Assembly (NCBI GenBank): GCA_963675745.2
Contig: CAXXWX010000003.1
Location: 64,001 to 128,000 of the forward strand
Direction: 5' to 3'
DNA: 64,000 bases
DNA from: Phycisphaerae bacterium
GTDB lineage: Bacteria > Planctomycetota > Phycisphaerae > UBA1845 > Fen-1342
Shown: positions 39,368 through 48,691 of the stretch, one piece after another
How positions within the stretch are numbered: the first letter of the stretch is position 1
How the letters are laid out: each line of letters starts with the position of its first letter
The notes under the pieces: model-generated
Databases searched by the model: none
The model's input: the letters and a program-made list of their open reading frames with translations, nothing else
Told to the model about the DNA's origin: nothing
Translations under genes and position numbers: made by a program

Positions 39368-39679
39368 ATGGGTGACTGGCACAAAGTTGGTATCGAGCTG
39401 CCGCCGAACTGGAAGGAAGCTGTGGCCGAACGGGCGCGCGATCTGGGCTGCCCCATGCGCTACCTGTGGATGGCCGCGATCGACCGGTTGCTGGGTCTGC
39501 AACAAGCTGAACTGGAGCAGACCACGCTGGCGTTTGAACTGATCGCTCGCAAGGATCTGGAAAAGCTGGCCAAGACCCCCCCGGGCGAGTGCCAGGATTT
39601 GATCCTGAAGTGGGCATCTGATTTCGTCGCTTCGCTGGGCAGCGAGAACCCCCGCCGCGCACACACCGGGCGCAAATAG
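39368..39679 (+). CDS. Small hypothetical protein with ribbon-helix-helix-like N-terminus
   Basis: KVGIELPPNWKEAVAERARDLGCPMRYLWMAAI; GGGAG RBS; extended -10 TGCTAGAAT at 39281-39289. Confidence 0.65.
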   Translation: MGDWHKVGIELPPNWKEAVAERARDLGCPMRYLWMAAIDRLLGLQQAELEQTTLAFELIARKDLEKLAKTPPGECQDLILKWASDFVASLGSENPRRAHTGRK

Positions 39680-39758
39680 AGGCAGCTCGGCCTCGCGGGC
39701 CGGAGGTCGGCGCTGCGCTCAATGGGGAATGTCGGCGATCGTGCGCCGGTCGGCGGCG

Positions 39759-40553
39759 TTACTTCGGGTTGAGCGCCTGGAAGTCGTCGTTGATCTTCAG
39801 GCAAGCGGCCATGAACTGCGGCTCATAGCCGCGGTCACGCGCGGACTTGACAATCGCGTTGCAGTCCTTGGGTAGACACTTGCCTGAGAACCCGCGCGCC
39901 TCGGGATAAACGAAGCTGTGATCGCGGCTGATGCGCGTGTCCGCCAGCCACATCTCGCGCAGCACGTTGTAATCAACCCCGTGAGCCTTGGCGATATCGT
40001 AAAACTCGTTTACGAAAGTCACCTTGACGGCGTAGAAGGCGTTCTCCATGTACTTGCACACTTCCGCGGTAATCGCGTCACAGAAGTAGAATTTGACGTA
40101 CGCGTTGTAGTAGTGTGTGTACAGGTCGGCGACGGCGCTCGTGTCCTCGGGGGTGCCGCCGAGCACGCAAAACTCGCGTTCGCCCATCACGCCGAAAACA
40201 TGCGCCGGCGTCTCGCCCAGGTATTCGGGCTGGAAGACAATGCGCCGTCCGTACTTCTCGCGCAGCCGATCAGTCGTGCCGGGCGCCACGGTCGAGCGGA
40301 TGATGATCAGCGGTCCGTCGATCCAGGCGACCGCTTCCTCGACGATCGACGTGTTGCAGGACCCATCGTCCGACATCGGTGTGGGCACGTTTATGAAGAT
40401 ATAGTCACAGGCGTTGATCTGTTCCTTGGTCGTCTTGGCGAACTCAGGAACGTAGGGGTCGTACATGATCGTCTCGGGGCCGCAAAGCTTCCGCATCGCC
40501 ACGCCCACGACTCCGGCACCCACGCAACCTACTTTTGGATTCTGCACGATCAC
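39759..40553 (-). CDS. Short UDP-glucose/GDP-mannose dehydrogenase-family protein (no C-terminal domain)
   Basis: GAGVVG, VPTP, RSTV, PEYL, KYMENAF..K.TFVNE, GFSGKCLPKD; ends about 30 aa after the catalytic Cys. Confidence 0.85.
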   Translation of the reverse strand: MIVQNPKVGCVGAGVVGVAMRKLCGPETIMYDPYVPEFAKTTKEQINACDYIFINVPTPMSDDGSCNTSIVEEAVAWIDGPLIIIRSTVAPGTTDRLREKYGRRIVFQPEYLGETPAHVFGVMGEREFCVLGGTPEDTSAVADLYTHYYNAYVKFYFCDAITAEVCKYMENAFYAVKVTFVNEFYDIAKAHGVDYNVLREMWLADTRISRDHSFVYPEARGFSGKCLPKDCNAIVKSARDRGYEPQFMAACLKINDDFQALNPK

Positions 40554-40809
40554 ATCTCCTTGGGCTCTCTGAGAGATCCTCATCCGCCGGCGGCCGGCCC
40601 GCACGCCGGTGGTTCTCCGATTCTAGTGATCTCCTGCCGAAAACGCCCCATCTGGGCGTCGGGTGCGTTACCCTGCTGCGACACTATACCCATCGGCATC
40701 CTGGCCGCCAAAGATCGAATCAACGGCCGATGGGGCATTCAATACCCCGTTGCGGCAGGTGGGTCAAGCGATAGGCTGTTCGCGGCAGGGATTGCGCTAT
40801 CAGGCGTCG

Positions 40810-40898
40810 TTGTCGGTGCCGGCCGCGTGCCACTGCTCTTGAGCAGTATCTTTCGACCGCACTGCGGCACTGCTCAAGAGCAGTTGCACAGCCGACAA
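40810..40898. repeat. Inverted REP doublet (REPIN-like)
   Basis: GTGCC-ACTGCTC-tt-GAGCAGT (40827-40847) faces the inverted copy GTGCA-ACTGCTC-tt-GAGCAGT (40869-40889); the flanks also pair. Confidence 0.8.
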
Positions 40899-40914
40899 TG
40901 CGTCGGGTCGAGCC

Positions 40915-41800
40915 CTAACCGGCCCGCAACTGCGCTACCGTCTGCATGAAGCGCTTGACGCGCGCTTCGTCGATCTCGTTCGACCACAGCCCGTCAAACT
41001 TGAAGTAAGAGCCGACGATAAACACGTCTGTGTGGGGCCACAGCAGCGGCAGGTTTTCAGGAGTCAGGCCCGAGCCGATCCAGACGGGGATCTTGACCGC
41101 GCGTTTGACGACGGCGACGGCGTCTGTGTCCACCGGCTGCCCCGTGGCGATACCGGTTACGATGATGCCATCAGCGCCGAAAAACTCGGTGGTTTGGGCG
41201 GCTTCAGCGAGGGAGACATCCGCGGTGAGCGCGTGACTCGAATGCTTTTTCTTCACGTCGGCAATGATCTTGATGTTCTCACCGCCGACCTGCCGGCGGT
41301 AGCGCAACAGTGGCCCGGCCTCGGCCTCTGGCATCAGGCCCTCATCTGCGACGTGGGCGTACGCGAAATTCTCGACGCGGACGAAATCCGCCCCGCAGGC
41401 CAGCGCCGCGGCCAACGCTTCATGATTAGCCGCCGCCAGTATCTGCACACCAAGCGGCAGGTCGGCCTCCCGCTTGACTCCCGCCTGACCGCACAGCCGA
41501 CAGCCGCCATTGATACGGCACGGTGCATGTTCTCGATCTCGGGCCCGACGCGGCCGCGTAGATACGGCACGTCGTGCATGTTGCTGGTCGATCAACAGCG
41601 CATCAAGCCCGGCGGCGACGTACGTCTGTTCATGTGGTTCGTGTCGTGCCTGTCCATCGCGTCCTTGTAGCGCACGCCGAACTGCCTCAACGCTCAACAA
41701 CCTCGTCCATCGGCAGCGCAGCCCGGGGCGTGCCCGGCAGGGCGGGAACGTGGATCATACCGACGATGGTCTTTGAGTTGGTGGACTGGGGAACCAACGG
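40915..41800 (-). pseudogene. BtpA/SgcQ family protein, 5' half disrupted by several insertions/frameshifts (possibly assembly artefact)
   Basis: IVGMIHVPALPGTP, MHDVPY..VGPEI and LGVQIL..ADVKKKH..IGSG motifs are split across different frames. Confidence 0.8.
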
Positions 41801-41892
41801 CTGTATCCGAACCCGCTCCGCGTGCCGGGCCCGGTTCAGGCTGGCCCTGGCGGGACAGCAATAACCAGATCCATCAATCTTCACGTTCGCCA

Positions 41893-43353
41893 CTACCACG
41901 TCGTCCCGTCCGCACCGTCCTTTAGCTGCACGCCGAGCGCCGCCAGGCGGTCGCGGATCTGGTCGCCGAGGGCGAAGTTCTTTTGCTGGCGGGCTTCGGC
42001 GCGCAGCTCGACAAGCAGGCCGATGAGGTCGTCCTGCTTCTGCGTGTCGCCGCCGCCCAGGGCCGCCGTCCATTTGAAGCCGAGCGCGTCGCCGGCGAGC
42101 GTACGGAAAAGCTCGTCGGCCGCCAGCAGGTCTTCCCGGCCGACGTCGCCGGCCAACCACGCCGCGGTCTGCTTGGCCAGATCGAACAGCGTCGCTACCG
42201 CCGAGGCCGTGTTGAAATCTTCGTCCATGGCGGCGGTGAAACGCTGTTTGATGTCGTCGAGCGCGGTGCGCACCTGGTCGGAGCGCGGCTTTGACGCCGC
42301 CTTTGTCGCCGCACGCGCCAGCTCGCGCATGGCGTCGCGCAGCTTGTACGAACCGCTCTCGGCGCCACTCAGGCCGGCGTCGGAAAAGTCCAGCGGTTGG
42401 CGGTAGTGGCTGGTCAGCACCAGGTGCCGCACCACCACCGGCTCGTACGTCCGCTCGAGCAGTGGATGCCCATCATGGAAGACCTGCTTGAGCAGGATGG
42501 CGTTGCCGAGGCTCTTGCCCATCTTCTGCCCGTTGACCGTGCACATGTTGTTGTGCAGCCAATAGCGGACAAACTGCTGGCCGGTGATGCTCTCGGCCTG
42601 GGCGATTTCACATTCGTGGTGCGGGAACATGTTCTCGAGTCCGCCGCCGTGAATGTCGAGCTTCTCGCCGATGTACTTCTGGCCCATGACCGAGCACTCT
42701 AGGTGCCAGCCCGGAAACCCATCGCCCCAGGGACTGGGCCAGCGCATGATGTGGCTCTCGTCGGCCCGCTTCCACACCGCGAAGTCGGCGGGGTGGCGCT
42801 TCTCGGGATTCACCGCCACCCGGGCACCGGCCTCCATCTCGTCGACCCGCCGGCCGCTGAGCTTGCCATAGTCCTTGAACGAGGTCACGTCGAAGTAAAT
42901 CGAGCCGTTGGACTCATACGCGTGGCCCTTTTCCAACAGCACGCGGACGGCGTCGATCTGTTCGGGGATGTGTCCGGTGGCGCGCGGCATGATGTCCGGC
43001 CGCGCGACGTTCAACGTGTCCATGTCGTCGAGATAGCTCTTCATGAACGTCTCGACAACCGCCATCGGGTGCAGACCGCGTCGGCGCGCTTCGGCGATGA
43101 TCTTGTCTTCGCCCTCATCGGCGTCATCGGTCAGATGGCCGACATCGGTGATGTTCTGCACATACGTGACGTTGTAGCCGCTGAAACGCAGCCAGCGGAT
43201 GATGGCGTCGAACGAGATGTAGCTCTTGGCGTGGCCGAGATGGCTGTGGCCGTAAACGGTCGGGCCGCAGACATATACGCCCACCGCCGGCGGGTTGATC
43301 GGCTGAAAATCCTCGCGTGACCGCGTGAGGCTGTTGTGTACCTTCAGGCCCAT
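41893..43353 (-). CDS. cysS: Cysteine--tRNA ligase
   Basis: [38 protein letters not shown]. Confidence 0.98.
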   Translation of the reverse strand: MGLKVHNSLTRSREDFQPINPPAVGVYVCGPTVYGHSHLGHAKSYISFDAIIRWLRFSGYNVTYVQNITDVGHLTDDADEGEDKIIAEARRRGLHPMAVVETFMKSYLDDMDTLNVARPDIMPRATGHIPEQIDAVRVLLEKGHAYESNGSIYFDVTSFKDYGKLSGRRVDEMEAGARVAVNPEKRHPADFAVWKRADESHIMRWPSPWGDGFPGWHLECSVMGQKYIGEKLDIHGGGLENMFPHHECEIAQAESITGQQFVRYWLHNNMCTVNGQKMGKSLGNAILLKQVFHDGHPLLERTYEPVVVRHLVLTSHYRQPLDFSDAGLSGAESGSYKLRDAMRELARAATKAASKPRSDQVRTALDDIKQRFTAAMDEDFNTASAVATLFDLAKQTAAWLAGDVGREDLLAADELFRTLAGDALGFKWTAALGGGDTQKQDDLIGLLVELRAEARQQKNFALGDQIRDRLAALGVQLKDGADGTTW

Positions 43354-43417
43354 GGCATTACCCTTCGCTCGTCAGAGATTTACGAGCCGAGATTGTAGCA
43401 TGTGGAGGCAGAAGGAG

Positions 43418-43496
43418 GGATTAAGGGATTGAGGGATTGAGGGGATTGGGAAGCGGGCGTGGCTGGGACTCGCGGCCCCTCAATCCCTTAGTCCCT
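43418..43496. repeat. Octamer array (GGGATT(G/A)A)n with an inverted partner
   Basis: gggattaagggattgagggattgaggggattggg ... cccctcaatcccttagtccct. Confidence 0.82.
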
Positions 43497-43501
43497 GCCG
43501 T

Positions 43502-44386
43502 TCACACCTTCCTCTCCAGTTGTTTTCGCGCCGCCTCGACCACGTTTCGCATCAGCATCATAACGGTCAGTGGGCCGACGCCGCCCGGGACCGGCGTGAT
43601 GGCCGACGCCACCTGCGATACGGTTTCGAAATCCACGTCGCCGACCGTGCGCGTCACTTCGTTGCCGTCGTCGGTCTTCTCCGAGATCTTGTTGATCCCG
43701 ACATCAATGACCACCGCACCGGGCTTGACGTGCGTGCAGTTGATAATGTGCGGCTTGCCGGCGGCGACGACCAGCAAATCGGCCTGGCGCGTGTGGGCGA
43801 CCAGGTCGCGCGTGGCGATGTGGCAGGCCGTGACCGTCGCCATCTGCATGCTGAGAAACATGCCGATCGGGCGTCCGACGATGCGGCTCTGGCCTACAAC
43901 AACCGCCTCCGCTCCACGCAGCTCGAGACCGCTCCGGCGGATGAGCTCGATGACCGCCAGGGCCGTACACGGCGCGATGATCGGCTCGCCATAAAACAAC
44001 CAACCGATGTTGGCCGGACTGACACCCTCGACGTCCTTGTAAGGGTCTATGCGATACTGGGCCGTCGCGGCGTCGAGGTGCTCCGGCAGCGGCATGTGCA
44101 GCATAATGCCGGTGGCCAGCGGATCGGCATTCAATTGATCGATCTTCCTGAGCAGCGCATCCTGCGGGGTGTTGGCCGGAAGCCGGACGATGGTGTGCTG
44201 GATGCCGGCTTGCAGCGCCCGGCGGTTCTGCGAGCGCGCGTAGAGCAGCCCCCCGGGGTCGTCCCCGACGAGAATCGAGCACAACCGAATCGGCCCGTAT
44301 CTGGTGGTGTGTGCGGCGACCGCGGCGCTGACCCGATTGCGGATCTCGGCGGCCGCGGCCTTGCCATCAATAATGCTCGCCGGCAT
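43502..44386 (-). CDS. folD: FolD-family methylene-THF dehydrogenase (cyclohydrolase residues substituted)
   Basis: IIDGK, KDVEG, PCT, VIDVGIN, GDVD, ITPVPGGVGPLT. Confidence 0.93.
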   Translation of the reverse strand: MPASIIDGKAAAAEIRNRVSAAVAAHTTRYGPIRLCSILVGDDPGGLLYARSQNRRALQAGIQHTIVRLPANTPQDALLRKIDQLNADPLATGIMLHMPLPEHLDAATAQYRIDPYKDVEGVSPANIGWLFYGEPIIAPCTALAVIELIRRSGLELRGAEAVVVGQSRIVGRPIGMFLSMQMATVTACHIATRDLVAHTRQADLLVVAAGKPHIINCTHVKPGAVVIDVGINKISEKTDDGNEVTRTVGDVDFETVSQVASAITPVPGGVGPLTVMMLMRNVVEAARKQLERKV

Positions 44387-44594
44387 CGGCTACTCCCGCG
44401 TGGCGGCGCGATGATCTCAGCAGAAGGGGGGGTGGGTCAAGGGGGCGGATTCGAGGGTTTTGCCGGCGCGCGAGCCTGGTCTCGATTACGGCGTGCAGTG
44501 TTGAGCAAGGCTGACGCCGGTATCACCCGCCCATCCTGCTTGTGTGCCCCCGATAATACGCGGCGTTCCCGGCGGACACGCCCCGGCCCGCCGC

Positions 44595-44623
44595 TTGACA
44601 GGCGCGAATCCACACACTACGGT
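44595..44623 (+). promoter_or_regulatory. sigma70 promoter for the rpmF-plsX-fab operon
   Basis: TTGACA-N17-TACGGT. Confidence 0.6.
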
Positions 44624-44720
44624 GATACGATCGCGCAGTCGTCTTTTTGCGCCGTTGAGCGGTGCGGGGAGAGACTGTACGCCAGTGTTATGTGAGTACT
44701 AACCGAGTGGGAGTCCCCAT

Positions 44721-44906
44721 ATGCTTCCTGTTGGCCGAAAAAGTAAACACCGCAAGCGGACCAGGCGGGCGCACGACGCGCTTCGGGCCGCCGCGCTGAC
44801 CGCGTGTCCACAGTGCGGTCACGCGAAGCTGCACCACGCCGCGTGCGGCAATTGCGGCTATGTCAATGCCCACACCGCAGTCAAGGTTGGCGACAAGGAG
44901 TCCTAG
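44721..44906 (+). CDS. rpmF: 50S ribosomal protein L32 (Zn-binding form)
   Basis: KSKHRKRTRRAH...CPQCG..KLHHAACGNCGY; immediately upstream of plsX. Confidence 0.96.
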   Translation: MLPVGRKSKHRKRTRRAHDALRAAALTACPQCGHAKLHHAACGNCGYVNAHTAVKVGDKES

Positions 44907-44911
44907 CGGAT

Positions 44912-45922
44912 ATGCGGCTTGCCGTTGACGCGATGGGCGGTGACCTTGGCCCGCAGACCATTCTGCGCGGAGCCAAACTCGGGCTGGAGTTTCTCGCCGA
45001 CGATGACGAGCTGCTCCTGTTTGGCCCCGAAGATCTCCTGGCTGAGCAGTGCCGCGAGCTCGACCTGACCGACGCGCGCGTGTCACACGTGCACTGCTCG
45101 GAAGTGATCGGCATGGATGAGTCGCCGGTCGAGGCCGTGCGACAGAAGCGCGACTCCACCATTACGCGCATGGTCAGTGCGGCGGGTAAGGGCGAGATCG
45201 ACGCGGTCATCTCGGCCGGCAACACGGGAGCTCTGGCGGCCGGGTGCCAATTCCGTATCAAGACCATCGAGGGTGTTTCACGGCCCGGCATTGGCGTGGT
45301 GATCCCGACTTTTCACGGCCCGGTATTCCTGTGCGATGCCGGGGCCAACGTCGCCCCCAAGTCACGCCATCTTTATGAGTACGCGAAAATGGGGGTCTGT
45401 TACTCGCGCGTGGTGCTCGGCAACGCCCAACCGCGCGTCGGGCTGGTCTCGATCGGCGAAGAAGCCAGCAAGGGTAACACGCTTGTCCGTGAGGCCCGCG
45501 CCCTGATCGAGGCTGACTCGACGCTGGAGTTCATCGGTAATGTCGAAGGCCGCGATATATTCACCGGCGTTGGTGACGTATTCATCTGCGACGGGTTCGT
45601 CGGCAATGTGATCCTGAAGCTGACCGAGGGGCTGGCGGAGGGTATTTTCAAGACCATTGACCGCGAGATCGCTGAAGAAGCCGAGGATCTTCTCCCCGCC
45701 TTTGAGAAGATCGTCGACCGCATCTGGAAACGGCACGATTTTGCCGAGCACGGCGGCGCGCCGCTACTTGGGGTCAACAGCATCGCAATCATCTGCCACG
45801 GTCGCAGCGACCAGCGGGCCATCGCCAATGCGATTCGCGTTGCGGTCGAGCAGCACCGCGCCCAGCTCAACCAGGTCATCGCCGAGCAGATGCGCACGCA
45901 GAGCTCGGGAGACGCTACATGA
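44912..45922 (+). CDS. plsX: Phosphate acyltransferase PlsX
   Basis: MRLAVDAMGGD, SAGNTGA, DAGAN, IGEEASKG, CDGFVGN, GGAPLLG, CHGRS. Confidence 0.97.
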   Translation: MRLAVDAMGGDLGPQTILRGAKLGLEFLADDDELLLFGPEDLLAEQCRELDLTDARVSHVHCSEVIGMDESPVEAVRQKRDSTITRMVSAAGKGEIDAVISAGNTGALAAGCQFRIKTIEGVSRPGIGVVIPTFHGPVFLCDAGANVAPKSRHLYEYAKMGVCYSRVVLGNAQPRVGLVSIGEEASKGNTLVREARALIEADSTLEFIGNVEGRDIFTGVGDVFICDGFVGNVILKLTEGLAEGIFKTIDREIAEEAEDLLPAFEKIVDRIWKRHDFAEHGGAPLLGVNSIAIICHGRSDQRAIANAIRVAVEQHRAQLNQVIAEQMRTQSSGDAT

Positions 45923-46911
45923 AGCTGGCGTGGCCTGTGGAGATCGCCGGTATCGGCGCATGTGTTCCCGATCGCATCCTCACCAATGACGACTTGGCGC
46001 AACGTCTCGACACCTCAGACGAGTGGATTCGCCAGCGCACCGGCATTCGTGAGCGGCGCATTGCCAGCCCGGGTGAGACGACCCTGACCTTTGCGACCGG
46101 TGCCGCGCGCGCGGCTCTCGATGATGCCGGACTCACGCCGACCGATATCGACCTGATAATCGTGGCCACGATCACGCCCGAGCATCCGTTGCCGGCGACA
46201 GCCTGCGAACTTCAGGCCGCCCTGGGTTGTCGCCATGTACCGGCCTTTGACATGCTGGCGGCTTGTTCCGGCTTCGTCTGGGCTTTCAGTGCGGCGGCCC
46301 AGCACGTTCAGACCGGAATGGCCACCAACGTGCTCGTGGTTGGGTCCGAACTGCTGACCGCGATTGCCGATCCGGAAGACCGCGCAACCTGCGTGCTATT
46401 TGGCGATGGTGCCGGCGCGGCGATAGTCCGTGCGGCCACCGACCCCCAGCGTGAGATTCTGGCAGCGCGCAGCGGAGCTGATGGCCAGCGCGGCATGACG
46501 ATATGCATCCCGGCGGGAGGGGCCGCCGAGCCGGCCAGCCAAAAGACAATCAACGAGCGGATGCATTACATGAGGATGGCCGGCCGCGAAGTCTACAAGT
46601 TCGCGGTCACCACCATGCACAGCATCATGGTGGACACCGCCGCCGACGCCGGCGTGTCTCTCGACGACGTGGCGCTCATCATCCCTCACCAGTCAAACCT
46701 GCGGATCATTGAATCGGCCTGCGCGCGGGCCGGCGTGCCGCTCGATAGAGTCCTGATCAACATCGACCGCTACGGCAACACGTCCGCCGCTTCCGTGCCC
46801 CTCGCGCTGCACGAAGCGTGGACCACCGGGCGCATCAAGCGCGGTGATCTTGTGATGATGGTCGCATTTGGTGCGGGACTGACCTGGGGATCAGTGTTGC
46901 TGAGGATCTAA
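45919..46911 (+). CDS. fabH: Beta-ketoacyl-ACP synthase III
   Basis: WIRQRTGI, AACSGF, LFGDGAGA, PHQSN, GNTSAAS, FGAGLTWG. Confidence 0.97.
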   Translation: MKLAWPVEIAGIGACVPDRILTNDDLAQRLDTSDEWIRQRTGIRERRIASPGETTLTFATGAARAALDDAGLTPTDIDLIIVATITPEHPLPATACELQAALGCRHVPAFDMLAACSGFVWAFSAAAQHVQTGMATNVLVVGSELLTAIADPEDRATCVLFGDGAGAAIVRAATDPQREILAARSGADGQRGMTICIPAGGAAEPASQKTINERMHYMRMAGREVYKFAVTTMHSIMVDTAADAGVSLDDVALIIPHQSNLRIIESACARAGVPLDRVLINIDRYGNTSAASVPLALHEAWTTGRIKRGDLVMMVAFGAGLTWGSVLLRI

Positions 46912-46912
46912 C

Positions 46913-47845
46913 GTGCCGAACTACGCCGCGGTTTTCCCCGGGCAGGGGGCCCAACTTGTCGGAATGGGTCAGGACGTCGCACAGGCGCATGCCGCCGCCG
47001 CCGAGACCTTCGAGCAAGCCGACCAAATACTCGGTTTCGCGCTCTCCGACCTGTGCTTTAACGGCCCGGCCGAGCGCTTGAATGCCACCGATATCCAACA
47101 GCCGGCGATTTTCACGACCAGCGTCGCGATTTTCCGCGCCGCAATCGCAGATGGCGTCGTCGCCGAGGATGACTTCGGTGCGATGGGGGGGTTGAGCCTG
47201 GGCGAATACACCGCGCTGCACCTGGCCGGCGCGCTGTCCTTCGACGACGCCCTGCGCCTGGTGCAGCGGCGCGGACAGCTCATGCAGGAGGGATCCGAGA
47301 GCAGCGCCGGCGGAATGGTCTCCGTCATGGGGCTCGACGAGGACCAGGCGATCGAGCTTTGCCGCGCGGTCGCTGAGCATGGCGTCGTCGGGCCGGCCAA
47401 CTTCAACTGCCCCGGACAGATTGTGATCTCGGGAGATCAGGCGGCGTGCGAGGCGGCTTATGCTCGGGCCGAGCAGTTCGGCGCCAAGGCGATCCCACTG
47501 AAAGTGGCCGGCGCTTTTCACAGCGCCCTCATGAAGCCAGCCGCCGATGCGTTGCGCGCGGCCCTCGCCGAAGCTGACTTCCGGGAGCCGAGTTGCCGCG
47601 TGATTGCGAACGTCAACGCGGAATACCACACGGACGCCGATTCCATGCGCGAAGCGCTCTACCGGCAGGTGTTCAATCCGGTGCGCTGGCAGGGCTGCGT
47701 TGAACGCCTCATTGCTGATGGATGCACCGAGTTCTGGGAGTTCGGGCCCAATCGCGTGTTGACCGGCCTGATGCGCAAGATCAATCGCGAAGCCAAGGCG
47801 ATCAACATCTCGACTGCGGATCGTTTGACGGCAGCAAAGGAGTAG
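46913..47845 (+). CDS. fabD: Malonyl-CoA:ACP transacylase
   Basis: FPGQGAQ, GLSLGEY, GAFHS, PVRW. Confidence 0.96.
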   Translation: MPNYAAVFPGQGAQLVGMGQDVAQAHAAAAETFEQADQILGFALSDLCFNGPAERLNATDIQQPAIFTTSVAIFRAAIADGVVAEDDFGAMGGLSLGEYTALHLAGALSFDDALRLVQRRGQLMQEGSESSAGGMVSVMGLDEDQAIELCRAVAEHGVVGPANFNCPGQIVISGDQAACEAAYARAEQFGAKAIPLKVAGAFHSALMKPAADALRAALAEADFREPSCRVIANVNAEYHTDADSMREALYRQVFNPVRWQGCVERLIADGCTEFWEFGPNRVLTGLMRKINREAKAINISTADRLTAAKE

Positions 47846-47850
47846 CGGCT

Positions 47851-48594
47851 ATGAAAACGCTGGAGAAGCGGTGTGCCATTGTCACCGGAGCGGCGCGCGG
47901 CATAGGCCGGGCCATCTGTCTGGAGCTTGCCGACCGCGGTGCCAACATCATCGCCACCGATGTTCTGGCTGATGACCTTAATGAGACCGCCGCCCTGGTG
48001 GAAGCCAAGGGCGTCGGTGTGCATTCCGAGGTGGCGGATGTCACCAAGCCCGAAGCGGTCGAGCGGCTGGTGGAGATGGCCGCCGAGAAGTTTGGTCAGC
48101 TTGACATCATGGTCAACAATGCGGGCATCACGCGCGACACGCTGATCCTGTCAATGACCGATGACCAGTGGGACGCGGTCCTGAACGTGAACCTGCGCGC
48201 GGTCTTCCTGGGTACGCGGGCGGCGGCCAAGGTCATGCTGCGGCTGCGCGCCGGACGGATCATAAACATGGCGAGTTTCTCCGGGCTCTCCGGAAACGCC
48301 GGCCAGGCCAACTATGCCGCCAGCAAGGCCGGCGTGATCGGGCTCACCAAGTCAGTCGCCAAGGAACTTGCCAAGCGCGGCGTGACCTGCAACGCCGTCG
48401 CGCCGGGATTCATCAAGACCGACATGACCGACGCCTTGCCCCAGAAGGTCAAGGACCAGGTCAAGCTGATCGTGCCGATGCAGCGCTTTGGCTTGCCGGA
48501 AGACGTGGCCCGGGTTGTGGCGTTTCTCGCCGGCCCGGACGCGGCCTACGTGACCGGACAGGTATTGTCGGTTGACGGCGGCCTGCACTGCTGA
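47851..48594 (+). CDS. fabG: 3-oxoacyl-ACP reductase
   Basis: TGAARGIG, NNAGITRD, GQANYAASKAG, VAPGFI.TDMT. Confidence 0.96.
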   Translation: MKTLEKRCAIVTGAARGIGRAICLELADRGANIIATDVLADDLNETAALVEAKGVGVHSEVADVTKPEAVERLVEMAAEKFGQLDIMVNNAGITRDTLILSMTDDQWDAVLNVNLRAVFLGTRAAAKVMLRLRAGRIINMASFSGLSGNAGQANYAASKAGVIGLTKSVAKELAKRGVTCNAVAPGFIKTDMTDALPQKVKDQVKLIVPMQRFGLPEDVARVVAFLAGPDAAYVTGQVLSVDGGLHC

Positions 48595-48691
48595 GTAGCG
48601 CCCGTCGCATTGGGCGAGTCACGCGCGAGCAGCCGCGCGCTCGCCTACGCGGACTGACCCACACAGCGACATACCTTGAGCGAGGTTCCCC

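Noticed and set aside
39098..39664. 190-aa N-terminal extension of glpX
   Set aside because: Open frame antisense to the small divergent gene; a clear RBS and ATG lie at 39097.
48595..48691. acpP after fabG
   Set aside because: Gap is under 100 nt, holds a REP-like hairpin and has no DSL-motif ORF; acpP/fabF must be elsewhere.
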